NCBI RefSeq assembly: GCF_004010195.1
Contig: NC_057749.1
Coordinates: 14,663,429 to 14,727,428 of the forward strand
Reading direction: 5' to 3'
DNA: 64,000 nucleotides
Source: Chiloscyllium plagiosum
Taxonomy: Eukaryota
Shown: positions 47,210 through 58,806 of the stretch, in pieces
Layout: every line of letters begins with the position of its first letter
How positions within the stretch are numbered: the stretch's first letter is position 1
Made by a program: the position numbers and the translations under genes
Notes under the pieces: generated by a model
Told to the model about the DNA's origin: nothing
The model's database searches: none
The model's input: only the letters and a program-made list of their open reading frames with translations

Positions 47210-48607
47210 ACAAAGTTAAAAATCACACAACACCAGGTTATAGTCCAATAGGTTTATTTGGAAGCACTAGCTTTTGGAGCACTGCTCCTTCACCAGGTGG
47301 TTGTGGGGTATCAAATATGAACTGTCAACCACTTAGCCCTTTGAGGCTGTTTCCTATTCAATAAAATTCTGTCAAGCCCCTTCAGAATTTTCTGTGTTTG
47401 AATGAGAATCTAGACCCAATTTACAATCGCATCAATGGTTACAATGAAGGACTCTCCTTCTCAATCCCACTCCTTGCCTGAGACCTGGTGACTCTCAGGT
47501 TGGAACTTGGCTATCAGGGGTTGCTGAGGAGAGCTCAGTGGGTCTGGCAGCATTTGTGAAGGAAAATCAGGGAGTTAATGTTTCGGGTCTGGTGACCCTT
47601 CCTCTGATTTTACTTCACAGATGCTGCCGGACCTGCTGAGCTTTTCCAGCGGTATCTGTTTGTGTTCCATGTTATTCCAGTCATTTGATTTGTCTCCAGT
47701 ACCACCTTATTTTAATATTTTGTAATGAACTCTCTGCCTTATTTAATCGGATTGTAGGTCATCCCTTCAGTTGTTATTCAGTTGTTGACACTTTACCCTC
47801 ACTGTCGAACACCCTTGGTCACCTGCAGAGACTTATTATCTGATACTCCACTCACACCATTTGTAAGATCTTTTGATCTCTCTGCCCTTGGTCTCTCTGC
47901 TCATAAATTCTGTGTTCTATGTGTTGCCCTCTCGCTTCACCTGACGAAGGGTCTCGCCTCCAAAAGCTTGGGATTCCAATGAAACCTGTTGGACTATAAC
48001 CTGATGTCGTGTGATTTCAGACTTTGTCCACTTCTGTCCAGCACTGGCACCTCCATATTATTGATTTTCCCATGACTGATGATTTATTTTAGCTAATTTT
48101 ATTTAGACTCTGAATCTCTGTTAATTTCATTTGGATTTCTGTCAAGTTATCCTGCTTTTCTGTTGTGAATGTTGAAGCAAAATAATCATTTAGAATATCA
48201 GTCATTTCCAATGTTCATTACCAATATCCTCACTCTCGGCCTGCAGTGGATCAGTAGTATTCTTAACCAGCTGCCTTCCATTTATATAACTATAAAATCT
48301 CTTATTCAGCTTCTCTTCTGTACTGGATGGTTATCAATAATCTCCTTGTCTGCCTACTCCTTTCATATCTCTCTTTCCCCCTGGGTTCCATTTCCACTTA
48401 TCCACTCATCTCACACCTTCCTCCCAATGCATGTATTTAATATAAATGCTATTTTCTTCCTCGCTGATATCAGTGTTGATGAAGAGTCACTGGACTTGAA
48501 ACATTAGCTCTGTTTTCTTCTCACAGATGCTGCCAGACTTACTGAGTTTCTCCATCAATTTCTGATTTTGTTTCAGATCTCCAGCATTCGCAGTTCTTTG
48601 TTTTATT
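47210..48607. mobile_element. Cluster of Penelope-derived fragments (family 3: 47210-47305 and ~47700-48055; family 2: 47520-47670 and ~48270-48607)
   Basis: ACACAACACCAGGTTATAGTCC and GGACTATAACCTG; CAGATGCTGCCAGAC; degenerate CTGANGA..GAAA cores at ~47941 and ~48477. Confidence 0.7.
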
Positions 48608-48875
48608 AGATTAGATTAGATTCCCTACAGTATGGAAACAGGCCATTTGGCCCAACAAGTCCACACCGACCCTCCAAAGAGTAACCCACCCCTCTATATT
48701 TACTCCTGACTAATGCACCTCACACTATGGGCAATTTAGTATGACCAATTCACCTGGCCTGCACATCTTTGGATTGTGGGAGGAAACCCACACAGACAGT
48801 CACCCAAGGTGGGAATCAAACCTGGGTCCCTGGCACTGTAAGGCAGCAGTGCTAACCACTGAGCCACTGTACCAC
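48606..48875 (-). mobile_element. HE1 SINE, internally deleted
   Basis: (TTAGA)n tail and reverse head. Confidence 0.88.
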
Positions 48876-49371
48876 CCTTTATTTTCACTTTCTGCATACT
48901 TTATACTTTGCAATGACATTGACAATTGCACCAAGCTCCACATTCTGCCCTTCTGATTCTCAGTTCCTCCTCTGGAATAAATGGTGACTAGATAATATCT
49001 CTGGCCCCTAGTTTTTAATTCTCTCCCACCATTATTTTTTCAGATTGTCTCGGGATTGGTAATAGACGTCAGCTTTGTCAGCAACTCCCAAGTCCCCAGC
49101 AAATTCTAAAACCAACTTGCCTTACTCTACTATCAGGGGAGCTCAGAATGTCAGTAATAATTTAATTTGAATTCCTTTCAAAAATTCAAAAGGTAAGGGC
49201 TTGAAATAGAACATTTTTAATATCATTTCAAAATGATGAAGCAAGTTCAATTATTCATTCTGTGAAGCGAGTTTCACTCAGAGATTAACTGCATTAGGCA
49301 TTTAAAAACTTTTGACAAATGACCTACCTTCACGATACCAGAGTAAGAAGACTGCAGGCTGTCTAAACGTG

Positions 49372-49556
49372 TCAAAAGCAAAATAGTGCAGATGCTGGAA
49401 ATCTAAAATAGAGACAGACATACCGGAGAAACTCAATGAGTTTGGCAGCATCTGTGGAGAGAGAAACAGTTGAATGTTTGAAACATATCAGAGTTGAAAT
49501 GTTAACTCTGTTCCTCTGTTGATAGACTGCTGAGTTTTCTCTGGCAATTTCTGTTT
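49372..49556. mobile_element. Penelope-derived family-2 fold-back element
   Basis: GCAGATGCTGGAAATC..GGCAGCATCTGTGGAGAGAGAAAC versus GTTAACTCTG..CTGCTGAGTTTTC. Confidence 0.7.
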
Positions 49557-49611
49557 AATCTCTAATCGAGTTACTAGGTTATGAGCCCAATGATGCTGGG
49601 AATTGATAGAG

Positions 49612-50430
49612 CAGAGCTGGGCTGAGAGGTGGCAAATGGAGTTTAATGCGGACAAGTGTGAGGTGATTCACTATGGTCGGAGTAACCAGAATGCAAAGTA
49701 CTCGGCTAATTCTTGGTAGTGTAGATGAGCAGAGAGATCTCGATGTCCAGGTACACAGATCTTTGAAAGTTGCCACCCAGGTTGACAAGGTTGTTAAGAA
49801 GGCATACAGTGTTTTAGCTTTTATTAATATAGAGATTGAGTTCCGGAACCATGAGATTATGCTGCAGCTGCACAAAATTCTGGTGCGGCCGCACTTGGAG
49901 TATTGTGTACAGTTCTGGTCACCGCATTATAAGAAGGATGTGGAAGCTTTGGAAAGGGTGCAGAGGAGATTTACTAGGATGTTGCCTGGTATAGAGGGAA
50001 GGTCTTACGAGGACAGGCTGAGGGGCTTGAGGCTGTTTTCATTAGAGAGAAGAAGATCGAGAGGTGACTTAATAGAGACATATAAGATAATCAGAGGGTT
50101 AGATAGGGTGGACTGGGAGAGCCTTTTTTCAAGTATGGGGACAGCGAGCACGAGGAGGCATAGCTTTAAATTGAGGGGTGATAGATATAGGACAGATGTC
50201 AGAGGTAGTTTCTTTCCTCAGAGAGTAGTAAGGGTATGGAATGCTTTGCCCGCAACGGTAGAAGATTCGCCAACTTTAAGTACATTTAAGTCATCATTGG
50301 ACAAGCATATGGACATACATGGAATAGTGTAGGTTAGATGGGCTTCAGATTGATTTGACAGGTCGGCGCAACATTGAGGGCCGAAGGGCCTGTACTGCGC
50401 TGTAATGTTCGATGTTCTATGTTCTATGTT
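49612..50430 (+). mobile_element. Young 5'-truncated CR1 LINE with a long open ORF2 C-terminus
   Basis: ORF 49673-50332: LVRPHLEYCVQFWSPHYKKDVEALERVQRRFTRMLPG..QRVVRVWNALP; (ATGTTCT)n tail. Confidence 0.95.
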
Positions 50431-50575
50431 ATGCCTCTGATACTGCTAGGCCTAACTGTTTCATTGCTTCATAAACTTAAGATCATCCCAGCCTTTGATG
50501 TCCAGTACCTAAGTTGCATCAAGTCTCATGTCCCATCCTTCTGTCCTTGCTGCCTTGATTCCTGTTCTGGTATCA

Positions 50576-50810
50576 TCTCAATCTTAAAATTCTCTCCTCA
50601 TCCCCTCCCCAACCCTCCAATTCCATAAGCCTCTGACACTCTATGCCCTTCTGATCTCTGGACCATCCCTGATATTAATTGCTTTCACTCTTTCTCAATC
50701 TTAAAGTTCTCTCCTCATCCCCTCCCCAAACCCTCCAATTCCATAAGCCTCTGACACTCTATGCCCTTCTGATCTCTGGACCATCCCTGATATTAATTGC
50801 TTTCACTCTT
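50576..50810. repeat. 117/118-bp tandem duplication within an L2-like remnant
   Basis: 50576-50692 versus 50693-50810, near identical. Confidence 0.95.
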
Positions 50811-50829
50811 GGTGGTTGCATCTTCAGCT

Positions 50830-51390
50830 TTTTTTTATTCACTCATGGCATGAGGGCATCACTGGCTGGGCCAGCATTCATTACCCATCCCTAATCGCCA
50901 GCAAATAGTTCACAGTCAACCATATTGCTGTGGGTCTGGAGTCACGTGGAGATGAGGACCACAGATTTATTTCCCTAAAGGACATTATTGAACCAGATGT
51001 GATTTTCCCTTGACAATTAACAATGGACAATGGTTTTATGGTCATCATTAGCCGGTAAAATGTAGAGCTGGAGAAAGCACAGCAGGGCATGCAGTATCAA
51101 AAGATGTTTCAGGCAGGACCCTTCATCAGGACTCATGGTCATCATTACACTCTTAACTCCAGAATTTTTTTAAGGGGATGAGGAGAGAACTTTAAGATTG
51201 AGATGATACCAGAACAGGAATGGTTTTATGGTCATCATTAGCCGGTAAAATGTGGAGCTGGAGAAAGCACAGCAGGGCAAGCAGTATCAAAAGATGTTTC
51301 AGGCAGGACCCTTCATCAGGACTCATGGTCATCATTACACTCTTAACTCCAGAATTTTTTAAATTGAATTCAAGTCACTGTCCACCATCC
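50830..51390 (-). mobile_element. tRNA-headed SINE derivative with a Penelope insert and a ~144-bp duplication
   Basis: CCAGCATTCATTACCCATCCCTAAT tail; insert flanked by ATGGTCATCATTA; 51029-51173 duplicated at 51219-51362. Confidence 0.8.
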
Positions 51391-52105
51391 TCCATCAGGA
51401 AAGACCAGTCGGGGTAACAGTGCACCAGCGTGCTGCAGTTGTTGTCTAAGGGCTTCAGGATCCTGGAACAACCTTTCATCGTTGTGTATTGCTGAGCATA
51501 AATAGCACATTGTGGGTGGAGTTGAACTAGATACTACACCAGACTAGACAACCTCCAAATGACAGAGAGAGAGAGAGAGGGAGAGAGTCTAAAGAGCACA
51601 TGGACAAGAATTAAAGGAGATGATTAATCCTTACATAATGTAACAATTAGATTAGAGCCTGATCTATCTCTGATTCCAATTCTTGGCAGTATTTAATATT
51701 CATGTATAATAGGTAGTGTTATGTTCAAGACTAAGCCAACAGTCTTCGACATCCCTGCCAGACCCTCCTGCCTTCTCCCAGACCTTTCTGTCCTGAACCT
51801 AACCTCTAGTGAGTGGCATTAGACCACACAATAAAAGGTGTACCTTCAGGAGAGAAGCGGTAGAAATGCAGGGCAAGAAAAACCTGAAAGGTGGGCAGCT
51901 TTCTCCATCACACCTTGCTGGTCTTGACTGAAGCAGGACAATTAGTTTCACTGTGAGGACATCCTGAACCATAGAGCATTCTCTGAGTTTTCAAAGTTAA
52001 AAAATCACACAACACCAGTTTATAGTCCAGCAGGTTTATTTGGAAGCACTAGCTTTTGGAGCTCAGTGAAAGCTAGTACTTCCAAATAAATCTGTTTGGA
52101 TTATA

Positions 52106-52317
52106 GCTGAAAATGTGTTGCTGGAAAAGCGCAGCAGGTCAGGCAGCATCCAAGGAGCAGGAGAATCGACGTTTCGGGCATGAGCCTTTCTTCAGGAATT
52201 CGTCTCATGCCCGAAACTTCGATTCTCCTGCTCCTTGGATGCTGCCTGACCTGCTGCGCTTTTCCAGCAACACATTTTCAGCTCTGATCTCCAACATCTG
52301 CAGTCCTCACTTTCTCC
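52106..52317. mobile_element. Penelope-derived family-1 fold-back element with a 14-bp TSD
   Basis: TSD CTGTTTGGA(T/C)TATA at 52092-52105 and 52317-52330; 34-nt tail at 52284-52317. Confidence 0.9.
52162..52200 (-). ncRNA. Minimal type-I hammerhead-ribozyme-like motif
   Basis: Minus strand UUC-CUGAAGA-AAGGCUCAUGCCC-GAAAC-GUC-GAUUC: core, short helix II, palindromic ACGU helix III. Confidence 0.6.
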
Positions 52318-52748
52318 TGTTTGGACTATAACCTGGTGATGTGTGATTTTTAACTTTGTACACCGCAGTCCAACAACTGCACCTCCAAATCTCTGAGTTT
52401 TAATTTGCTTTCAATGACCAGGACATCAATCACACAAGCAGGGGACATGATCACAGAATCAGCTCTCAATACTCTTGACAGCACAGTGTCCTGAGAGCAT
52501 GTAAGCTGAGAGTCAAAACTTCCCATATTTAGATAATAGGGGAACAACATTTTCAGAAGATCTGATTCAGTACTTAACAAATGACCCTTTAACTTCTGTT
52601 TAATGTGTGCAGGCCAGTTTATTGTAATGCACAGTCCCTTTGAAATTGATCAGAGATGCATTTGTACATCTTAAAGGGACCATTATTCATGTGTGACTCT
52701 TTGTTCCCTGCAATACAGGTCGCTGACTGCTGTGTTATTCCTCTGCAG

Positions 52749-52772
52749 CTTAGAGTGAAACCAAGTTCTCAG
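52749..52772 (+). other. Candidate 24-nt microexon (alternative 54-nt form from 52719)
   Basis: gctgac branch-like site, tgc, ttattcctctgcag|CTTAGAGTGAAACCAAGTTCTCAG|gtaagt; open only in phase 0 (LRVKPSSQ). Confidence 0.4.
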
Positions 52773-53809
52773 GTAAGTGTTGCTAGGGTGAGGGCTGACA
52801 TCCAGAACCAAGATGTAACCGATATTTGAGTGAGGCTATGTGGGACTTATACCAGGAAGCACTTCCTCACACAAAGATAAGTGGTGGCCTGGAGCTCCCT
52901 CTCCCAAAGTTCTGTGCATTTCAATCAATTAATTAATAGTGATTCAATTCTAGGGTTGATCAATTTGCATTGGGTATGTAGGGGCTTGCAATTGATGGGT
53001 AAATGGAATTGCACATCAGACATGATCTTGGTGACATTATAATCAAGGACTTCTCACAGAGAAGAATGAATACTGGGAAGCAGCTGTGTTTATATAGCAC
53101 CTTTAATCCATACGTCCACACAACCTAGACGCAGGAATGTCCTGCTCCTGTCCTTGAACTTCCTCTGCCATTTGATGAGATTGAGGCTGATCCAACTGTA
53201 GTCTCAACTCTACTTTCCTGCCCCAGTAACCTTTGGCTCCCTTGTCAACCAACAATTTCTCTAACTCAGCCTGAAAAAGATTTTGTGACTCTGTCTCCAC
53301 ATCCCAAGTCACTCCACTGTAACGTTAGCAAAAGAAGTTGGACCCTGACCTACATAAGCAGATTTTTAACACCGATGAACAAAGACTTGGTACATTTTGA
53401 GGAGTGTCTTAACAAAGTAAAAGAGGGGATGGAGGAAGGGAATTCTAAAACTTCGGGTCCAAACAGACTGAAGGCAGACTGGGAGGATATGGGCCAGAGC
53501 TGAGGAATGCATGGATTCTGATGGGTTGTAGGGCTGGAGGGCATTATAATCTAGCAGTGTCTGGCAGGAATGCCCAAGCCAAACGGAAGTGGGAACTCAT
53601 AATGGGTACGTGTTAATGAAGAGTTAATTGAATGAGAATTTGTTTGGTGCCTATACAAAGGGAAAAGTGCTTTTAGTGTTTTGTGGTGTGTGGAAAAATA
53701 TATGCCTGAACTCTGTCTGTCTAACCAATTCTTAATCTCTAACGTTCAATGGAGGACATTATAGAAGATAAACCCAGTAATATCTATAGTGGCTGATGGT
53801 GCTGTTTCT

Positions 53810-54485
53810 CATTCACCTGTGGAATGTGGGTGTCTCTGGCTGGGCCAGCATTTATTGCCCATCCTTAGTTGCTCCTTGAGAAGGTGGTGGTGAGCTGCAT
53901 TCTTGAACAACTGCAGTCCACCTGCTGTAGGTTGACCCACAATGCTCTTAGGGAGGGAATTCCAGGATTTTGACTCAGCGACACTGAAGAAATGGTAATA
54001 TATTTCAAAGTCAGGATGGTGAGTGGTTTGGAGGGGAACTTGAAGGGGTTGGTGTTCCCATGTATCTGCTGCCCTTGTCCTTCTAGATGGAAGTGGTCGT
54101 GGGTTTAGAAGATGCTATTTCTGGATTTTTTGCAAATAAATGTAGTGCATCTTGTAGATTATACACGCTGTTGCTACTGAGTGTCAATGGTGGAGGGAGT
54201 GAATGTTTGTAGATGTGGTGCCAATCAAGCGGGCTGCTTAGTCCTGGATGGTGTCAAGCTCTTGAGCGTTGTTGGAACTACACCCTTTCAGGCAAGTGGG
54301 CCATATTCCATCACACTCCTGACTTGTGCCTTGTAAATGATGCACAGGTTCTGGGGATTCAGGAGCTGAATTTTTTGTAGCAGTATTCCTAGTCTCTGAT
54401 CTGCTTTTGCAGCCATTGTGTTTATGTGGTGAGACCAGTTGAGTTTCTGGTCAATGGTAACCCCCTGGATGTTAATATTAGGCAA
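53810..54485 (-). mobile_element. 3' fragment of the tRNA-headed LINE family
   Basis: GVTIDQKLNWSHHINTMA..IYKAQVRSVMEY; tail CCAGCATTTATTGCCCATCC. Confidence 0.9.
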
Positions 54486-55422
54486 TTCAGCTAGTTTGAA
54501 CTGGGTAATCTACTCATGTGGAAGTAAAATTCCTCCTGGTGTACATGAGGTTGAGTCTGACTGCAAAAGAGTCCCATACGCCAAAGGATTTAACATATAT
54601 GTGCATCCATTCACTGAACTACAGCACGGTTAATGTCCTGCAGATAATTAGTATACTGTACAGTTGAATGTTATAAATAAGCTGTGCGATTTACATGGTA
54701 TATATAGAGATACTGGGAGTGATTACGAGGCAGTAATGTCACTGTGAGATCTTGGTGATGCTATAAATCATTGAATGATTTATAACAGTGTTCGGGACTA
54801 AGTTTAAATTACTACCTTAAAGTAATTTCAGTCTATCTGTTAACTTTTACAATATGCCACCTTTTGATTTTAGAATGATTTTGTTGCATTGCTGTCAGTT
54901 TCTGAAGCTTTGATCAGAGAACTTAATATTGTAGATGTGTTGAAGTGTCATCCCTGCTCTCTTCTGCTTAATGATTCTCCTCAGCAGCCTCCCACACTCA
55001 GAAGCTGCAGTTCATGCAAACCCTCCTCTTCAACCAAACTACTTCTCACTACCCACTCCCCATCTCTGCTGGCCTCATTCACCTCCACTAGTTTGTACCC
55101 TTCAATAGATTCAATTCAAAATCTTATCTAAAAAAATCACTTATCTACCATCGCCATCCAGTCCGCCACCAATGTCCCTGTGGCTTCACCCAGTTTACAT
55201 TTGCAAAGTCCTCCAGCCCAATGTGTTCACTGGACTCCCCCTTAACTTTGGCATTGTTTGTGTCTCAACCCCTCTACCCCTCTACCTTAACTTTGATTGT
55301 TTCCAGTCTCTAGACCCTGACACTTGAACTTTGCTCACTCTGTCCAGTCATCAAATACTTCCTGCAGTCACCTTCTCAAATTCCAGGATCTTTGTGTCTG
55401 TGCAGAAAAGCATCATCTGTAA

Positions 55423-55497
55423 TGCGTGTGTGTGTGTTTGTGTCTTATGTGTGAGACATGTGTATGTGTCTGTGTCTGTGAGTGTGAGAGAGATGTA

Positions 55498-55531
<34 letters not shown>
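55423..55531. repeat. (GT)n microsatellite
   Basis: Pure run at 55502-55531 plus a degenerate flank. Confidence 0.95.
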
Positions 55532-55532
<1 letters not shown>

Positions 55533-55544
55533 TGACTTGATTGT

Positions 55545-56300
55545 TGGTCCCTTTGTCTCACAGTCACAGTTCTAGGTTCATGTCTCACTCCAGGATTTGA
55601 AAACAATCATCAAGGCTGCTGCTCCCAGCACAATACTGAGGAAATAATAGCTGAAAATGTGTTGCTGGAAAAGCGCAGCAGGTCAGGCAGCATCCAGGGA
55701 ACAGGAGAATCGACGTTTCATGCATAAGCCCTTCTTCAGGAAGGGCTTATGCCCGAAATGTCGATTCTCCTGTTCCCTGGATGCTGCCTGACCTGCTGCG
55801 CTTTTCCAGCAACACATTTTCAGCTCTGATCTCCAGCATTTGCAGACCTCACTTTCTCCATTGAGGAAATAATACTCTGGCAGAAGTTCCATCTGTTGGA
55901 CAAAACATGAAACCAAGGCCATATCTGCTTGCTTGGGAGAATGTAAAAGATCCTTTGGCTTCTGAATAAAATGCAGGAGAATTCTTCCCCAGTGCCCTGC
56001 CCATTATTTTCTCTCTCAATCAACATCACATAAACAGATTATTTTGTAACAAAAACAGAAAGTGCTGGAGAAACTCAGCAGATCTGGCAGCATCTGTGGA
56101 AAGAAAGAGAGTTAACAGTTCAGGTCCAGTGATCCTTTTCCAGACTGCTTCATGCTCCTAATCACAGTTCTATTTCTGGGAGCTTGCTGCATGCAAATTG
56201 GCTACATTACAATAAGTACACAATGCATTTCAAAAGCATTCCATTGATTGTAAAGAGATGTCTGGTGATTTTGAAAAGTACTATAAAATGCAAATCTTTC
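55545..56300 (+). mobile_element. DeuSINE-like element with nested Penelope elements (55650-55859 and 56048-56145)
   Basis: CAATACTGAGG..AAACCAAGGCC..GTAAAAGATCC..GGGAGCTTGCTG..CTATAAAATGCAAATCTTTC. Confidence 0.75.
55650..55859. mobile_element. Penelope-derived family-1 fold-back element with a 13-15-bp TSD
   Basis: TSD TGAGGAAATAATA at 55637-55649 and 55862-55874; 34-nt tail at 55826-55859. Confidence 0.9.
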
Positions 56301-57027
56301 TTAATGATTTTTAAGCAACAGCATTACCACTGTCACTGCAAATTGATTATCATTCCACTTCTGAAATCCTCTTTGCTAAGGTCATTATTTAAATCTCTAT
56401 TAATTTTATTTTCCAGTCAATCTGTTCAGGATGTTATAACACACCTCAAGAACAGGTAGTACTTTATCTCAGGTCTCCTTAGAACTGCCCTGGTCTTACA
56501 CATGATCCATGATTACTTTTCTCCTTCTCTAAGACTGCTTCTGTCCCTGAAGCCAAAAATATGCACAGCTTCCTCGCTCCAATATTTGGGACTGATTATT
56601 TTCTGCATGGATTAGCTGACATTGCCAAAATTTAATTTAATTTAATTTAAAGTCCCCAATCTTTTTTTTAAAGAGTCAACCGTTTTCTCTTAAATTCAGT
56701 GTTTAAAGCTGTTCAGACAATTTTTAACTAATTCCAGCTATAAAAGAAACCAGTGCCCTGTTCCACCATTACTATCAACGCTGCCCCATACACAATGCAA
56801 TTAGGATTAAAGTAACATCCAAGTGTTAACTTCACACAGCATCTGACAGCATAATGGGCAATTAACTGGCCAACAAAAGGAACCACCCTAGAAACACACT
56901 GAAGAAGTCATTTCTTTTGTTTGCTCTCACCTGGATCTCAGGGATTAGGAGGAGAGATTATACATACTAAACCTGTTATCTCTAGAAGGAGCAGGAAAGT
57001 CTTGTTGCATCTTTACATGGAAATGGG

Positions 57028-57572
57028 TTAGGCCACAGATGGAATACTGTGTGCAGCCCTGGCCATCATGCTATAGAGGAATATGATTGCACTGGATAAG
57101 GTGTGGAGGAGATTCACCAGGATGTGGTCTGGGATGGAAAGTCTCCGTTCTGAGGAGAGATTGGATAGGCTGGGTCTGTTTCCCTTGGAGCACAGGAGGC
57201 TGAGGGAGGATGTGAATGAGGTATACAGAATCATGAGAGGCATAAGACCCCGTAGATTATAAGAATCTTTTCCACATGGCAGATGTGTCTAAGACCAGTT
57301 GGCATCAGTTTATGGTAAGATGTAAATGATTTAGAGAGGATCTGAGAAAATGTTTTTCACCCAGAGGGTGGTAGAAAAATGAAATGTGCTGCCTGAGAGG
57401 ATGGTGGAGGCAGGTATATTCGCAATATTTATCTGGATAAGCACTTAAAATGTCAGGGTATAGTAGGCTATGGCCCAAGTGCAGGTAAATGCGAGTAGCG
57501 TAGTTTAGTATTTGTAGGTTGGCATAGACATGGTGGGCCAAAAGGCCTGCTGTTTCTGATCCAATGACTCTA
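57028..57572 (+). mobile_element. CR1 3' fragment
   Basis: GGTTAGGCCACAGATGGAATACTGTGTGCAG..GGGCCAAAAGGCCTG. Confidence 0.85.
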
Positions 57573-57644
57573 ATTTGGAAAGTTAAGGTGAACAGGAAAG
57601 GACAAGGTAGATAAAGATAAAACTACAGTATATCCATTTGTTTA

Positions 57645-57924
57645 AGATTCTACAACCGGGGGTATAGTGTGAGAATTAGGGCCAGACCATCCAGGAGAGA
57701 TGTTAGGAAGCACTTCCACACGGAAAGGGAGAAAGAGGTTTGGAACTCTCTTCCCGAAACAGCAGTGGATGCTGATCAGTTTAAAATTTTGTAACTGAGA
57801 TGGATTAACTTTTGTTAAGGGGGTATGAGGAGTATATAGAGTTAGGCCACAGATCAGCCATGATCTCAATGAATGGCAGAACAGGCTTGAGGGGCTGAAT
57901 GGCCTCTTCCTGTTCCTATGTTCT
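57645..57924 (+). mobile_element. CR1 3' end (GGCCTCTTCCTGTTCCTATG-type tail)
   Basis: CAGATCAGCCATGATCTC..GAGGGGCTGAATGGCC. Confidence 0.8.
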
Positions 57925-58360
57925 TGAAGTGCAGATTGTAGAGATGTTTGTTATAGGGAGCCCTCTTTTTTTGGAAGTGTCTGAATAGGATGCATTAGAC
58001 GGCACTGTCGCCTTTGTAACTTTTTAGGCCAGTTAAAGAGATACACACACACAACAAAATTCCATAGTGAGAGAAGTTAAAGGAAAAAGCCCATCCAAAG
58101 AGCATCATTTTACTTGTTGACAGGATGTAGTTGCCAACTGCACCACAACAGGAAGAAATCTGTTAATCGCAGCCCAATTCTCTTTTTTGCCTTCCTGATT
58201 ATCCATCAGATTTTTATTTGGCGAAATCTGCTTTTCTCCTGGTATTGGCTCTTGTTCAGATCCTCTGAGATGGGTTTCCGTCAGTTAGTCCTCTCTGACC
58301 TTGTTTTTAGCTGCTATAATGCAGCCCCTGGGGACAAACCAGTATCACGGACTTTCTACT

Positions 58361-58806
58361 GGCAGCTGTGACTCAGTGGATAGCCATTTTGTGTTGGCGT
58401 CAGAAAGTTGGTAGGTTTAAATCCACAGTGCAGAGAACTGAGCACAAAAGTCCAGGGCAGTGCTGACAGAGGGAGTGCTGCACTGCTGAAGGTGTAGTCT
58501 TTCAGATGAGATGTTAACCCGAGGCCCATCTGCCTTCTCAGATTCTGTGAAATTTCTAAAAAAATCCCACAGCCACTATTTTGGAGCAGAACAGGTTTGT
58601 TCTCTCCAGTGACTGGCCCAGTATTAATCCTTGGACACAAATTATTTGGTCATGGTCACATTTGCAGAAACTTGCCGAGCACGATTTGGACAAAACAGCA
58701 CTTCCTACATTACATCACTGACCACACTTCAGAAAGTAATTTGTTGGCTGTAAACTGCTTGAGGAAACTATGAAAGGCTACAGAAATGCAATTATTCCTT
58801 TCTATT
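58361..58806 (+). mobile_element. DeuSINE-like element, near complete
   Basis: tRNA-like head, GAGGGAGTGCTGCACTGCTGAAGGTG..GATGAGATGTTAACCCGAGGCCC, tail GAAAGGCTACAGAAATGCAA. Confidence 0.82.

Larger units (their letters stand above)
51993..52388. mobile_element. Penelope family-3 fold-back element containing a nested family-1 palindrome
   Basis: AAAGTTAAAAAATCACAC...GTGTGATTTTTAACTTT outer arms. Confidence 0.85.

Noticed and set aside
49673..50332. 219-aa ORF as a host gene
   Set aside because: It is the C-terminal part of CR1 ORF2 in a 5'-truncated copy lacking the RT active site.
52853..52868. Palindromic ETS site GGAAGCACTTCC
   Set aside because: The same string occurs in the CR1 fragment at ~57706, so it is repeat-derived.
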